From NCBI GenBank assembly GCA_965238005.1, contig OZ250165.1, positions 3,712,001-3,776,000 on the forward strand: a stretch of 64,000 nt of DNA, in the 5' to 3' direction. This DNA comes from Longimicrobiales bacterium. Its GTDB lineage: Bacteria > Gemmatimonadota > Gemmatimonadetes > Longimicrobiales > Gaopeijiaceae. Under the pieces are notes generated by a model. The model did not search any database and was not told the DNA's origin. It worked only from the letters and a program-made list of their open reading frames with translations. Both the position numbers and the translations under genes were made by a program. Every line of letters starts with the position of its first letter. Positions within the stretch are counted from its first letter, which is position 1. Of the stretch, positions 42,706 through 54,290 are shown piece by piece.

Positions 42706-43344
42706 ATGAATCTCGATGGCGAGTACACGTTCCGTGCCCCCCAGGACCTGGTCTGGCAGTGCCTCCTCGATCCGGTCGTGCTGGCCGCCGCGCTTCCCGG
42801 ATGCGAGAAGCTCGAGTTGGTGGGCGAGAACGAGTACGAGGGCGCGCTGAACATCAAGATCGGACCGGTGCAAGGCACGTTTCAGGGCAAGGTGAAGCTC
42901 GAGGACATAGAGCGGCCGACTCGATACACCATGCAGGTGGATGGCCGAGGAGCCCCCGGTTTCGTGAAGGCGACGGCCCACCTCGAGCTCGAGAGCCACG
43001 ACGGCGAGACCCACTTTACCTACACGAGCCGAGCCCAGGTGGGCGGCCGCATCGCGAGCGTAGGGCAGCGACTGATCGAGAGCTCGGCGAAAGCCATCAC
43101 GAAGCAGAGCCTGGAGGGTCTCAACAGGGCCATCCTGGCGCGCATCGGTGATCCGAGCGCAGGATCGACTGCGGATGCGGCACTCGCGACCGACGCGGCA
43201 CCCGCGACCGACACGGCATCCCCTTCACAGGCCCAGTTCGCCGCAGCGGTGGCGAAGGAAGTGGCCAGGGATCTGGTGCCACGCTGGGCGTTGGTGGCCG
43301 CCGCCGCCGTGCTCCTGGTGGTGATCGGCTTGATCCTTTTCTGA
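42706..43344 (+). CDS. coxG: CO dehydrogenase subunit G (SRPBCC fold, C-terminal TM anchor)
   Basis: LLDPVVLAAALPGCE, VGGRIASVGQRLI, C-terminal hydrophobic helix. Confidence 0.9.
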   Translation: MNLDGEYTFRAPQDLVWQCLLDPVVLAAALPGCEKLELVGENEYEGALNIKIGPVQGTFQGKVKLEDIERPTRYTMQVDGRGAPGFVKATAHLELESHDGETHFTYTSRAQVGGRIASVGQRLIESSAKAITKQSLEGLNRAILARIGDPSAGSTADAALATDAAPATDTASPSQAQFAAAVAKEVARDLVPRWALVAAAAVLLVVIGLILF

Positions 43345-43413
43345 CACGGGTGACGGGACATCGGAAGGGCGGCCGGCTCTGAAGGCAGCCCCAACTTTGA
43401 GGAGGTTATCACA

Positions 43414-44289
43414 GTGATTCCCGGAGCGTTCGACTACCACGCCCCCTCCTCGGTCGACGAAGCGGTCCGGCTGCTCGATCAGCTGGGTGACGGGGCGAAG
43501 ATCCTGGCCGGCGGGCACAGCCTGATCCCCGCCATGCGGTTCAGGCTGGCCGTTCCCGAGGCCCTCGTCGACATCAACGGCATTCCGGACCTGGAGTACC
43601 TTCGCGAGGAGGACGGCGAGCTCCGGATCGGAGGCCTCACGAGAGAGTCGGCAGTCGAGGATTCTGAGCTCGTGCAGGAGAGGTATCCCATCCTGGCCGA
43701 CGCCTCCAAGGTCATCGCCGATCCGCTGGTCCGGAATCGCAGCACGGTGGGCGGCAATATCGCGCACGCCGATCCGGCCAACGACCACCCGGCGGTCATG
43801 CTCGCACTGGGCGCCACGATCGTTGCTCAAGGTCCCGATGGAGAGCGGACCATACCCATTGACGACTTCTTCGTCGGGCTCTTCGAGAGCGCCCTCCACC
43901 CCAACGAGGTCCTGACGGAGATTCGGGTCCCCTCGCCGGGTCCCGGACAGGGGGGCGCCTACGTGAAGATGGAGCGGAAGGTGGGCGACTACGCCCTTTC
44001 GGCCGTGGCGGTCCACGTCACGATGGAGGGGGACCGATGCGTGTCGGCGCGGATCGCCCTCACCAACGTGAGCCCCGTTCCCATGAGAGCGACCGGGGCG
44101 GAGTCGGCGCTTGCGGGCAACGCCGTCACCGAGGAGGTGATCGAGGCGGCCGGAGCGGCGGCCGCCGCCGAGTGTGACCCGTCGGCAGACCTGCGCGGCA
44201 GCGTCGCATACAAGAGAGATCTCACCAGGGTCCTGACCAAGCGAGCCATCCGAGCGGCCGTCGCGCGGGCCGAAGGGGGGTCCTCATGA
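43414..44289 (+). CDS. coxM: CO dehydrogenase medium (FAD) subunit
   Basis: [27 protein letters not shown]. Confidence 0.93.
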   Translation: MIPGAFDYHAPSSVDEAVRLLDQLGDGAKILAGGHSLIPAMRFRLAVPEALVDINGIPDLEYLREEDGELRIGGLTRESAVEDSELVQERYPILADASKVIADPLVRNRSTVGGNIAHADPANDHPAVMLALGATIVAQGPDGERTIPIDDFFVGLFESALHPNEVLTEIRVPSPGPGQGGAYVKMERKVGDYALSAVAVHVTMEGDRCVSARIALTNVSPVPMRATGAESALAGNAVTEEVIEAAGAAAAAECDPSADLRGSVAYKRDLTRVLTKRAIRAAVARAEGGSS

Positions 44290-44789
44290 GCCAGAAGACG
44301 CATACCGTCGCCGTGTCCGTGAACGGCGAAACGGTCACGAAGGACGTCGAGGCCAGGACGCTGCTCGTCCACTTCATCCGTGAGGAGCTCGATCTGACCG
44401 GAACACACATCGGGTGTGACACGTCGAGCTGCGGCGCCTGCACCGTGATCCTCAACGGGACCGCGGTGAAGAGCTGCACGCTGTTCGCGGTCCAGGCCAA
44501 CGGGGGCGAGCTGCAGACGATCGAGGGAATGGAGCAGGACGGTGCTCTCCATCCGCTGCAGGAGGGCTTCTGGGAGAAGCACGGACTCCAGTGTGGGTTC
44601 TGCACCCCGGGAATGATCATGAGCGCTGCGCACCTCCTCTCCAAGAATCCGAACCCGACGGAGGAGGAGATCCGCGTAGGGATTTCGGGCAACCTGTGCC
44701 GGTGCACGGGCTACAACAACATCGTGGAGGCCGTGCAGTACGCGGCAGAGAAGCTGCACGCACAGCCCGCAGAGGAGCCGGTCTCATGA
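44286..44789 (+). CDS. coxS: CO dehydrogenase small (2Fe-2S) subunit
   Basis: [26 protein letters not shown]. Confidence 0.95.
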   Translation: MSQKTHTVAVSVNGETVTKDVEARTLLVHFIREELDLTGTHIGCDTSSCGACTVILNGTAVKSCTLFAVQANGGELQTIEGMEQDGALHPLQEGFWEKHGLQCGFCTPGMIMSAAHLLSKNPNPTEEEIRVGISGNLCRCTGYNNIVEAVQYAAEKLHAQPAEEPVS

Positions 44790-47221
44790 CGCACTTCGAA
44801 GACAGGGTCGAACAGCACACACCGGTTCCCGAGGAATCGTCGGCAATTGTGGAGACCGTCGACGAGATCCGCGTGACCACGCCTCCGGAGATCTGCGGGA
44901 TGGGCCACCGGATGAAGCGCAAGGAGGATCCCCGATTCATCCGAGGCAGAGGGCGCTACCTGGACGACGTCAAGCTGCCCGGCATGGTCTACATGGACAT
45001 CGTCCGAAGCCCCTACGCACACGCCAAGATCCTGAGCATCGACCCCAGCGAAGCCCTCGCCATGGACGGGGTGGCCGCGGTGATCACCGGAAAGGATCTG
45101 GAGGCGGCGGGGAACCTGCACTGGATGCCGACCCTCATGTCGGACACCCAGATGGTCCTCCCCATCGACAAAGTGGTCTACTACGCCCAGGAGGTCTGCG
45201 TGGTGATCGCCACTACTCGCTACACGGCCGCGGACGCGGTCGAGAAGGTCTTCGTGGACTACGAGCCCCTCGATCCCGTTGTCGATCCGTTCGAGGCGAT
45301 GAAGGACGAGGTGATCGTCCGGGACGACAAGGAGGAGAGGACCAACCACATATGGCACTGGGAGGCCGGCGACGCCGAAGCCACCGAGCGCGTGTTCGCC
45401 GAAGCAGCCCACACCGTTTCGCAGTCCATGCACATCCCCCGGATTCACGTGTCGTCCATCGAGACCTGTGGCATGCTGGCCAACTATGACAAGGTCACCG
45501 AGCGGATGCAGATCTACATGACGTCCCAGGCTCCCCACGCCCACCGGACGGTCTTCGCCATGGTGAGCGGTCTTCCGGAGCACAAGATCCAGATCATCTC
45601 GCCGGACCTCGGCGGAGGGTTCGGGGGCAAGGTGCCGATCTATCCGGGCTACGTCTGCTGCCTCGTCGCCAGCCTGGTCACGGGCTTGCCGGTGAAGTGG
45701 GTGGAGGACCGGAGCGAGAACCTCCAGGCCGACAGCTTCGCCCGGGATTATCACATCACGGCGGAGATGGCCGCCGACGAGGATGGCCGCATCACGGGCC
45801 TCCGCGTGAAGACCCTGGCGGATCACGGCTGCGCGGACGCCGCGGCGCAGCCGTCGAAATTCCCGGCGGGCGTCTACAGCATCTGCACCGGGTCCTACGA
45901 TCTACAAGCCGCGCACATCGTGGTGGACGGCGTCTACACGAACAAGCCGCCGGGAGGGATCGCCTATCGCTGCTCGTTCCGCGTGAGCGAGGGGGTACAC
46001 ATGATCGAGCGCATGACCGACATCATGGCGCACGAGCTCGGAGAGGACTCGGCCGACTTCCGTCTGAAGAACTTCATCCGTCCCGATCAGTTCCCCTACC
46101 AGTCGCCCACCGGATGGCTGTACGACTCCGGCAACTACGAAGGGGCCCTCCGGAAGGCCATGGAGATGATCGACTACCCGGCACTCCGACAGGACCAGGA
46201 GGAGCGGCGGGCTCGAGGAGAACTCATGGGGATCGGTATCTCGAGCTTCACGGAGGCGGTTGGGGCGGGCCCCTCGCGGGACTTCGACATCCTCGGGATC
46301 AAGATGTTCGACTCGGCGGAGATCCGCATTCATCCCACCGGGAAGGCGATGGCGCGCTTCGGGACCAAGTCCCAAGGACAAGGGCACGAGACGACATACG
46401 CCCAGATCGTCGCCGAAGAGCTCGGCCTTCCGGCGGCCGACGTGGAGATCGAGGAGGGTGATACCGACACGGCGCCCTACGGTCTCGGAACGTACGGCAG
46501 CAGGTCGACGCCGACGGCCGGTGCCGCGGCGGCCATGGCCGCCAGAAAGATCAAGGCCAAGGCCAGAAAGATCGCCGCCTACCTGCTGGAGGTGGGCGAG
46601 GACGACCTGGAGTGGAACGTGAACAAATGGCAGGTGCAGGGCTCTCCCGACCAGGCGAAGACCATCCAGGAGATCGCCTTCGCCGCGTACACCGACCACC
46701 CGCCCGGAATGGAAGCGGGCCTCGAGGCCACCGACTACTACGACCCGCCGAACCTGACCTTTCCGTTCGGTAGCTACATCTGTGTGGTGGACATCGACAA
46801 GGGTACGGGGCAGGTGGAAATCCGCCGGTTTGTCGCCGTCGACGACTGCGGGAGCATCATCAATCCCATGGTCGTCGAGGGTCAGATCCACGGTGGACTG
46901 ACCATGGGCCTGGCCCCGGCGCTCTTTGAGGAGATCGTCTACGACGAGAACGGGCAGAACCTCACGGGCACGCTCGCTGACTACCTGGTCCCCACCGCGG
47001 TGGAGTCCCCGAAGTGGGAGCTGGGGAGGACGATCACGCCGTCGCCCCACCACCCCCTCGGGGCCAAGGGAGTGGGTGAGTCGGCGACCGTAGGCGCGCC
47101 GCCGGCCATCGCCAATGCCGTTGTCGACGCGCTCTGGCATCTCGGGGTGAAGCACGTGGACATCCCCATCTCCCCGAACAAGGTGTGGAAGCTGCTCCGG
47201 GACCATGGAGTGAGCGACTGA
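44786..47221 (+). CDS. coxL: Aerobic [MoCu] CO dehydrogenase large subunit, form I
   Basis: Active-site loop AYRCSFR (form I signature AYxCSFR) and M-S-L gene order; ATG 44786 overlaps the coxS stop. Confidence 0.96.
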   Translation: MTHFEDRVEQHTPVPEESSAIVETVDEIRVTTPPEICGMGHRMKRKEDPRFIRGRGRYLDDVKLPGMVYMDIVRSPYAHAKILSIDPSEALAMDGVAAVITGKDLEAAGNLHWMPTLMSDTQMVLPIDKVVYYAQEVCVVIATTRYTAADAVEKVFVDYEPLDPVVDPFEAMKDEVIVRDDKEERTNHIWHWEAGDAEATERVFAEAAHTVSQSMHIPRIHVSSIETCGMLANYDKVTERMQIYMTSQAPHAHRTVFAMVSGLPEHKIQIISPDLGGGFGGKVPIYPGYVCCLVASLVTGLPVKWVEDRSENLQADSFARDYHITAEMAADEDGRITGLRVKTLADHGCADAAAQPSKFPAGVYSICTGSYDLQAAHIVVDGVYTNKPPGGIAYRCSFRVSEGVHMIERMTDIMAHELGEDSADFRLKNFIRPDQFPYQSPTGWLYDSGNYEGALRKAMEMIDYPALRQDQEERRARGELMGIGISSFTEAVGAGPSRDFDILGIKMFDSAEIRIHPTGKAMARFGTKSQGQGHETTYAQIVAEELGLPAADVEIEEGDTDTAPYGLGTYGSRSTPTAGAAAAMAARKIKAKARKIAAYLLEVGEDDLEWNVNKWQVQGSPDQAKTIQEIAFAAYTDHPPGMEAGLEATDYYDPPNLTFPFGSYICVVDIDKGTGQVEIRRFVAVDDCGSIINPMVVEGQIHGGLTMGLAPALFEEIVYDENGQNLTGTLADYLVPTAVESPKWELGRTITPSPHHPLGAKGVGESATVGAPPAIANAVVDALWHLGVKHVDIPISPNKVWKLLRDHGVSD

Positions 47222-47239
47222 GCGGGCGGGCAGCGGCGA

Positions 47240-48250
47240 ATGTACCACGACTTCTTCGAGAAGGCCAATGGGCTAGCCCGGGACGGCGTCCCGTTCGCCA
47301 CGGCCACGGTCGTGCGGGCCGAGAAGCCCACGTCGGCCCGGCCCGGCGATCGAGCCATCGTCACGCTGGACGGTGTGATGTACGGGTGGATCGGTGGGAG
47401 TTGCGCGCAACCCACCGTGGTCGCCGAGGCCGTGAGGGCGATCTCGGAAGATCAGAGCCGCCTGATCCGCCTCTCCCCGGGCCCGGGCGCCGAACCCGCC
47501 CGGGAGGGAATCATTGAAGTACCCATGAACTGCTTCGGAGGGGGGACCTTGGACATCTTCATCGAGCCCCATCAACCCAAGCCCCAGCTGCTCGTCGTCG
47601 GCGCCCTCCCCATCGCCCAGGCTCTGGCGCACCTGGCCAAGGCCATGAGCTATCGGGTGATCGCCGTCGATCAGGACGGGGCGGGCGCCATGGCCCACGC
47701 CGACGAGGTCTTCTCGAGCCTCGAGGAGGCGTCGTCCCGGGTGAGCGCCCTCACCTTCGTCGTGGTGGCCACCCACGGCAACTACGACGAGTCGGCCCTG
47801 GCCGCCGTGCTCCGCTCCAACGCTCCCTATGTGGGGCTGGTGTCCAGTCGAAAGCGGGGACAAGAAATCACACGGCACGTGAGGCAGGAGGGTGTGGACG
47901 AGGACGCGCTGTCTCGCCTCAAGATCCCCGCGGGCTTGGACATAGGCGCTCGGGGCCCCGACGAGATCGCGCTCAGCATCATGGCCGAGATCGTTCAGGC
48001 GCGACGCTCGATGGAAGAGGTGGGGTGGGCCCCGTCGGCCGGAAACGCGGAAGGCGAGGAGGCCGAGGAACCGGTGGCCGGGACCCCCGGGGAGCCAGGG
48101 GAAGAGGCCGAGGCCGTCGATCCCATCTGCGGGATGAAGGTCACCAAGGCGGAGGCGCGACACACCTGGGAGGGCGACGGCCAGACCTTCTACTTCTGCT
48201 GTGAGGGGTGCCGACGCCGTTTCGCAGAAGAGGCTCGAGCGGCCCCCTGA
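47240..48250 (+). CDS. coxF: XdhC/CoxF molybdenum-cofactor insertion protein with C-terminal YHS domain
   Basis: GWIGGSC, VVATHG, PAGLDIGA..EIALSI; C-terminal DPICGM...FYFCCEGC. Confidence 0.88.
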   Translation: MYHDFFEKANGLARDGVPFATATVVRAEKPTSARPGDRAIVTLDGVMYGWIGGSCAQPTVVAEAVRAISEDQSRLIRLSPGPGAEPAREGIIEVPMNCFGGGTLDIFIEPHQPKPQLLVVGALPIAQALAHLAKAMSYRVIAVDQDGAGAMAHADEVFSSLEEASSRVSALTFVVVATHGNYDESALAAVLRSNAPYVGLVSSRKRGQEITRHVRQEGVDEDALSRLKIPAGLDIGARGPDEIALSIMAEIVQARRSMEEVGWAPSAGNAEGEEAEEPVAGTPGEPGEEAEAVDPICGMKVTKAEARHTWEGDGQTFYFCCEGCRRRFAEEARAAP

Positions 48251-48501
48251 CCGGCAGCCCGAGACTCCGAGCAAGCCCTGCCGCCGAGCGCCTGGCGCGA
48301 GCAGATTCCGCGAGTCGGGACCGGCCTTCGGCGCCTGCCGGTGGGGCGGAGCTCGATGGCTTCGGTGTACGTAGGTTTCGTGTTAGAACATACGTATGAC
48401 GGGTGTGATTGTTTCTACCTCAAGGCGGCAACCTGTTGAGTGGACTAATCTACCCTGAGGGCCGACCAACGGAACCAGGCCGGCGGCCAGGGGCGCCCCG
48501 A

Positions 48502-48680
48502 TCACGATGGGTCGCGCTTCCGATGGCCGATCAGCTCGTAGTAGCGCTCCTTGGGCTCGCCGGGCCATCCGTTTACTCCGTTCTTGGGAAGCCACCAGAC
48601 GTGGATGACGAGGGCACCCAAGAGAGGCAGCGCGAGGACGCCGAGCGCCCACGCCCGGGCCACCGCTGTGGAGTCCTCTC
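48502..48680 (-). pseudogene. C-terminal fragment of a membrane protein
   Basis: Start-less frame ...ALGVLALPLLGALVIHVWWLPKNGVNGWPGEPKERYYELIG...stop. Confidence 0.35.
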
Positions 48681-48705
48681 AAGCCAATCGGGCGAGGGCA
48701 GACCC

Positions 48706-48867
48706 TCAGGGAAGAAGGCGTTTCAAGGCGCGCTGCGTGACGTACAACCCGATGCCGGTCCCGACCATGCCGACGACGAACGCGGTGAAGAACGAGATCG
48801 GAGCCCCGATAGCCCAGCCCAGCCATCCACCCACGGACATTCCCATGAGGTTGAGGAAACCTTTCAT
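48706..48867 (-). CDS. Small Gly-rich two-TM protein (53 aa)
   Basis: MKGFLNLMGMSVGGWLGWAIGAPISFFTAFVVGMVGTGIGLY... Confidence 0.65.
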   Translation of the reverse strand: MKGFLNLMGMSVGGWLGWAIGAPISFFTAFVVGMVGTGIGLYVTQRALKRLLP

Positions 48868-48930
48868 GACCCACCATGCCGCCCCGAGCCGCGGGCGGCA
48901 AGGAGAACGGATCGCCAAGTCGTCGTGAGG

Positions 48931-49914
48931 TCAGGTGAGGACGACGATCTTGCCACCGGCTGCGTTGTCTTCCATGCAGCGGTGCGCCTCGACGATGGCG
49001 TCCAGGTGGAACACAGCCCCGATCTTGGGCGTCATGCGTCCCCCCTCCACCTCGTTCACCACCATCTGCAACGGCGTTGCCATGAAGTCGGTGGATTCAC
49101 CGGCGTAGGTCGTGAGATTGACGGTGGACGGTATCGCGCCCATGGGGGTGAACCGATCGAACTCCCAGGCGTTGCCGACTATGCCGGTCATGCACACCGA
49201 ACCGAAGCGCGCGGCGCACTGGAGGGAGTCGAGCAACGTGGTGGTCCCCACGAGCTCGAGCACCTTGTCGACGCCCGAAGGAAACACACGCCGGACGTCG
49301 CCAGCGATCTCACCACCGTCGATGAAGACGTGATCCGCACCGTTGTCTTTCAGCATAGCTTCGCGATCGACTCTTCGGGTGGTGGCGGCCACCGTGGCGC
49401 CCTGTTCCTTGGCAAGCGCCGCGGCCGCCAGACCCACCGAGGTGGTCCCGCCCCGAATCAGCAACGATTGCCCGCCCTCGAGCTTGAGCGAGCTGTTGAG
49501 CGAACCCCAAGCGGTTTGGATCATCTCGGGTAGTGCACCGAGGGTTTGCCAATCCAGGGTCGTGTCGAGGGCTTGCACCTGGCCGGCAGGCACGCAGGTG
49601 TACTCTGCGTAGCCGCCATCGAATGCTCGGCCCATGCCGCCCATGGCGGTCGCCACGATTTGCCCCGGTTGGAACTCCCCGCCCGGTGCCTCCTCAACAG
49701 TCCCGACCGCCTCGATGCCGAGTACGCGGGGGAAGTCGACCCCGGACGAGTGGCCCTGTCGGGTGAAGAGCTCGGAGCGATTGAGGCCGAACGCCTTAAC
49801 TCGGATGAGAACCCACGCGCCTGTCGGCCGCGGAACGGGGAGCTCCTCGATCCTCAGCACCTCGGGGGCTCCTGGTTCACGAATGACTGCGGCCTTCATG
49901 GTCCTCATAGCCAC
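48931..49914 (-). CDS. NADPH:quinone reductase-type MDR oxidoreductase
   Basis: VKAFGLNRSE, PRVLGIEAVG, GGYAEY, RGGTTSVG, GKIVV. Confidence 0.92.
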   Translation of the reverse strand: MAMRTMKAAVIREPGAPEVLRIEELPVPRPTGAWVLIRVKAFGLNRSELFTRQGHSSGVDFPRVLGIEAVGTVEEAPGGEFQPGQIVATAMGGMGRAFDGGYAEYTCVPAGQVQALDTTLDWQTLGALPEMIQTAWGSLNSSLKLEGGQSLLIRGGTTSVGLAAAALAKEQGATVAATTRRVDREAMLKDNGADHVFIDGGEIAGDVRRVFPSGVDKVLELVGTTTLLDSLQCAARFGSVCMTGIVGNAWEFDRFTPMGAIPSTVNLTTYAGESTDFMATPLQMVVNEVEGGRMTPKIGAVFHLDAIVEAHRCMEDNAAGGKIVVLT

Positions 49915-49925
49915 GTCTCTCCCTA

Positions 49926-50046
49926 GTGTGGTGTCCCAGAAGTGTCTCGGCCATCGATCTCGCTGCGCTCGATCGTCTCGCGGTCAACTCGGCGCTCACG
50001 ACGAGCATGAAGGTCGCTCGGCTCGCGAACTTCTGGGACACCACAC
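49926..50046. mobile_element. IS630-like MITE, short form (121 bp), inverted relative to 7933-8205
   Basis: Same perfect 18-bp TIR with TA flanks; near-identical to the long copy minus an internal segment. Confidence 0.9.
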
Positions 50047-52674
50047 TAGAACGCGAACCCCAATCCCACGTAAAGCGCCGTGCGCCCTTCGCTTTCCGCG
50101 ATCGCCAAATGGACGGCGCCCGACCGAGTCACCGGCGCAAGCCAGATGCCTGCGCCCAGGGACGTGTGCCATTCATCGGATGTCTGGCCCTCCGCGTACA
50201 CGCGTCCCACATCGCTGAGCCCGAACACGCCGAAGTCCGCGGGAAAGAGTAGGAAGAAGCGCGTCACGAACACCCGCAGCTCGGCGCTGGCGTACAAAGA
50301 TGCGTCGCCCGCAAAGCGTTGCTCTCTCAGCCCTCGCACGTTGGCCGATCCGCCGATGAAGGCGGCTTCGAAGTACGGAAACGTGCCCCAGACGCGCCTC
50401 CCCCCAGCCCTCAACGCAAGCGTGGGATTGCCGCCACCGGGTGACAGGAAGGTGGCTACCTCTCCATGAACCTCGGCAAAGGAGCTCTCCAGGTCGATGG
50501 CCGCGGGGTAGTAGCTGGCTCCGCCCGAGAGGTGATAGCCCTTGGTCGGCGCACTCCGACCGTCGCGCCCGTCCAACTCCAGCGAGGCCTGAAGCCCTAC
50601 CTGCGCGAACGTGCCTGCCCCGTACGGGCGGTTTTCCGCGACAAAGGTCGCCGTCCCGGTGGTGTCCGAGGACGTGTACTTGAAGACAGGGCCGATGCTG
50701 AGCTCCCGCCGCTCACCGTCCCCGAAGCTCAGCGCCGCCGTCACGAGGATCTGCTTTTGATCGACCTCGAAAAAGCTCGAAGGCGCCGTCTGCGTCGTTT
50801 CGTTGCCCAACCCGTAGAAGTCGACCACGTCGATCCCGGAAAAGCGGGCTCGCAGCTTCAGACCTCCACTGCCAAACAGACCACGGAAGTGCTGCCGATA
50901 GCCCAGGATCGGCTGGGATCGGCCGAACGCCCAGGCGGCTCTCAGCTGGAGGCGAGAGCTGTACGGGTAGCTGAGGAAGCCGTGGCGGTCCTGCTGGATC
51001 CCGATCCCGACCACCAAGCCGCGGTCCCCGTCGAAGCTCATCCTCATGGACGGCTCGGACTCCTTGCCCCAGTCCAACTGGCGAGCGCCCTCGAACCACG
51101 CGGTCGGCCGCGGCGCGGGCCGGCGCACCAGCTTCGTGCCGCCACCGCGTGTCACCGTGCCGTCGCCGGCGTCGTAGAGAACCACACCCCTCGAGCCGGT
51201 CGAGTTGATGAGCTCGTCGCGGCCCCCACCCCCCACCACGCGTATCGTGATCGGCAAGTCCGTGCTGCTCTCGACCCGTATGAGGTCGTCTCCACCGTGC
51301 ATGGAGAGGCGCACCTCGCGAGTCTCGTCGGGCGAGAAGGTCTGCTCGAAGTGGGGCGACCCCTCCGGCTCCGACGACGGCCCCCGCGGGTGAATCGCGA
51401 TGCGGACGTCGCCCCCGTCGACGCGCTCGATCATCGCCACTTCGTCGGTGTCCGTGCCGTGGATGTCGGCATACCGGAAGACGATGTCGTAGAAGTGGTG
51501 GGCGGCCATCGGAAGCTCGTCGCGACGCGCCCGGAGCTTCGCTTCCGAGGCCGGCCCGACCAGGGCGTAGTGCTCCCTCGGCATGCGCGAGACTGCCTCG
51601 GCGATCACGCCGTCTGTGATCGCGGCCGTGACCTCCTGGACGGTGGCATTCCAGGTGGTACGATCGAGTCCGACCAACAAGTTACGATCGATGTCCCAGG
51701 CGTTCCTGGTGAGAGCCTTGATGTCGGGGTAGTCGCTACCGAAGCGGACCAACCGAGGTTCGTAGAAGCGGGCGAGGCCCTTCAGGAATCCGTCAAACTG
51801 GACGAAGGCCTGATCCCGGTCACGAGGGATCGGGCGCCAAACGTAGCCGCCGTCCGTGTCGGGAAAGCGGGCCCAGAGATGGTTGTTCATGCTGCGATCG
51901 CGATCCCCCACCAGAAGGTCCACCAACCGGGACTTGAGCAGCTCTCGGAGCTCCACGCGGTTCCGGGGATCCTCCTCGAGCTCGTCTAAGAGGTCGTCCG
52001 TCTGGACGATCCGGCGAGAGCCCGCAAAGCCGGCTTGCCCATCGGGGAGGTCATCGGGTCGCTCCTCGAAGAGCGCGAGCATGCCGGCGAACTGACTCCT
52101 GAACTCAGCGAGTCGAGGGTCATCCGGAATGACGACCAACCGCGGCTCAGGGTGGAGCACGCCCACCGCCTCGAGCAGTCTGGCCACAACGACGGCTCCC
52201 GAGGGGTGGAACGAGCTCATCTGGTCTTGGATGATGCCCTCGACGGGCGTGTCCTGGAATTCCTCGGCCAGTGCCTGCGGCGACTTGTCCACGGAGCGCA
52301 GCACGTAGCGCCGGCCATCCACGCCGCGAAGGTGGAGGGTTTGAGTGGTCGCTCCCCCCCCCGAGGCGGAAGGGCGTCAGACCACCGCCGCCCAGGCTCC
52401 CGAGGTCCGCGACGGGCACCCTGATGGGGGTGGTCCACAGCCGGCGATACCCTCGCCCCATCATCGATGTGAACAGGCCCCCCGCTTGGTAGTGGGCTCC
52501 GGGAACCACCGTGACCGCTTCTTGGGTGGGCAGTGGCGGCGGATCTACCTGAGCTCCCAGGCCCGGGGCCAGAATCCCCCACGCCAAGAGAGCCGGTCCT
52601 ACCCCGGTTCGGAGTACCTTGACACCGCCAGGTCGGGGCTGGGTGGCAGACACGAGGTGCTCTTGGCTGGCCAT
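50046..52674 (-). pseudogene. Omp85/BamA-like barrel protein with N-terminal extension; +1 frameshift in a 9-nt homopolymer
   Basis: The N-terminal frame (from 52674) and ORF 50046-52322 join as LGGGATTQTLHLRGVDGRRY if C9 (52354-52362) is C8. The C-terminus has VRGLREQRFAG and ends LGFAF. Confidence 0.8.
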
Positions 52675-52898
52675 CGGTCCGTTCCTCCGAGAGGTGGATG
52701 ACTAGGCTTCGTTGGCGTCCATGCCTGTCCCTCAGCCGCCTCCGTGCTCTGGCTGGCGAAAAGGCACAAATGGTGCCAGCGAGCGCACCATCGTGAAAGT
52801 GGGGCGCAAGGTGATTATGAACAACACCCCTGCACGTGCCCGCCCTTCTCGGGCCGGGACAGGAACGGAGTGGCCCAGGCAACCAGTCTCGGACCACG

Positions 52899-53469
52899 CA
52901 TGTCACCGTGCTGGAGCACGAGGGGTTTGCGCACCTCCTCATCCGCCGCTTCGACATCGAGAACGGAGCACGCATCCACCAGCACACCTTCGGAGGGCTG
53001 ATCCACGTCGACTACAACGACCGGGGGGCGAGCTCGTACGAGGAGTACTTACGAACCGTCTTCAGGCTCGGGATGACGTACGGCCCACTCGAGCAGGCGT
53101 ACCGCCGGATGGTCTTCAACGTGATCGCCGTCAACCAGGACGATCACGTGAAGAACCTGTCCTTCCATATGCGACCCGACGGGGAGTGGGCGCTGGCTCC
53201 GGCGTACGACGTCACCTTCGCTCGGGGCGTGGACTGGACGTCGGAGCACCAGATGCGCGTGCGCGACAAGACCGCGGGCATCCTCGAGTCCGACCTTCTC
53301 GCGGTCGCCGGGGACTTCGACGTGAAGAAGCCGAAGCGCATCCTAGATCAGACGCGCTGCCGCCATAGTCGATTGGCGGCGCTTCGCCCAGGAGTCCGCG
53401 GTCCCGCCGGCGACAGTGACCCAGGTCCGGAAGGCGCTGGACGAGCGGGCCAGGTCGCTGGGGGGCTGA
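52899..53469 (+). pseudogene. HipA kinase toxin C-terminal fragment
   Basis: IRRFD, FNVIAVNQDDHVKNLSF, LAPAYD. The N-terminus and hipB are absent, and there is a frameshift at about 53357. Confidence 0.8.
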
Positions 53470-53522
53470 TCCGGGCGCCGGCTATGTCTGGAGCACTACC
53501 TGGGCACCGTCATATCCAGGAC

Positions 53523-53551
53523 TTGACTTTACCGACCGTTCGGTTTATCAT
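53523..53551 (+). promoter_or_regulatory. sigma70 promoter of tetR containing the operator ACCGACCGTTCGGT
   Basis: TTGACT-17 bp-TATCAT; palindrome at 53531-53544 in the spacer; ATG 7 nt after the -10. Confidence 0.75.
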
Positions 53552-53558
53552 CATCCCC

Positions 53559-54131
53559 ATGAGCAAGATCGCCGAGCCCGAGCTGCTGATTCGCCTGACG
53601 GAGGTGTTCCGCACGCACGGGTATGAGGGAGCCAGCCTGAGCAAGATGTCGATGGCCACCGGGTTGCAGCGCGCGAGCCTGTACCACCGCTTTCCGGGCG
53701 GCAAGGCCGAGATGGCTGAGGCCGTCCTGAACCGGGCGGGCGAGTGGCTGCAAGCGCATGCCCTGAAACCGCTTACCGAGTCGGGACCGCCGGAGCGGCG
53801 GCTGCGCCAGATGGCCCGGAAGTTGGACGAATTCTACCACGGTGGCCAACAGTCGTGTCTGCTCGACGCGCTCTCGTTCGGGGTCGAGGAGGGCGCGATT
53901 CGAGATCACCAGAGAGCTGCAATGGAGACATGGGTCGACGCCATCTCAACCATGCTGCATGAGTCGGGCCTCCCGCAGCGCACCGCGCGGGAGCGCGCCC
54001 AAGACGCGGTGATCCGCATCCAGGGCTCGCTGGTGATGGCGCGCGCAACCGGTGACCCGAGGCCGTTTCGCAGAACACTCCGGAATCTCCCGCAGGACCT
54101 CCTGCGGAAACCGGAACCAGCGGGATCCTGA
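53559..54131 (+). CDS. TetR/AcrR-family transcriptional regulator
   Basis: [34 protein letters not shown] helix-turn-helix. Confidence 0.92.
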   Translation: MSKIAEPELLIRLTEVFRTHGYEGASLSKMSMATGLQRASLYHRFPGGKAEMAEAVLNRAGEWLQAHALKPLTESGPPERRLRQMARKLDEFYHGGQQSCLLDALSFGVEEGAIRDHQRAAMETWVDAISTMLHESGLPQRTARERAQDAVIRIQGSLVMARATGDPRPFRRTLRNLPQDLLRKPEPAGS

Positions 54132-54179
54132 TGGACGAGTCACGATGGGGGAGGCCGTTTTATTTTACCACTGGTATTT

Positions 54180-54193
54180 ACCGAACGTTCGGT
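54180..54193. promoter_or_regulatory. Second putative TetR operator
   Basis: Perfect palindrome ACCGAACGTTCGGT, 13/14 identical to 53531-53544. Confidence 0.75.
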
Positions 54194-54227
54194 CCACACC
54201 CGACACATCACCCAAGGAGGTGTCCCA

Positions 54228-54290
54228 ATGAAAGCCGCAATCATCATCCTGTCCGATCCCAAGAATCTCAACCAACGGAGATCATCATGA
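54228..54290 (+). pseudogene. 20-aa ORF (probable truncated DsrE-like gene) coupled to the hydrolase
   Basis: Strong [30 protein letters not shown]; its stop overlaps the next ATG (ATGA). Confidence 0.4.

Noticed and set aside
52836..54131. Apparent 431-aa HipA-TetR fusion ORF
   Set aside because: Produced by a frameshift in a HipA remnant. HipA's own stop is at 53467-53469 and tetR has its own promoter and ATG at 53559.
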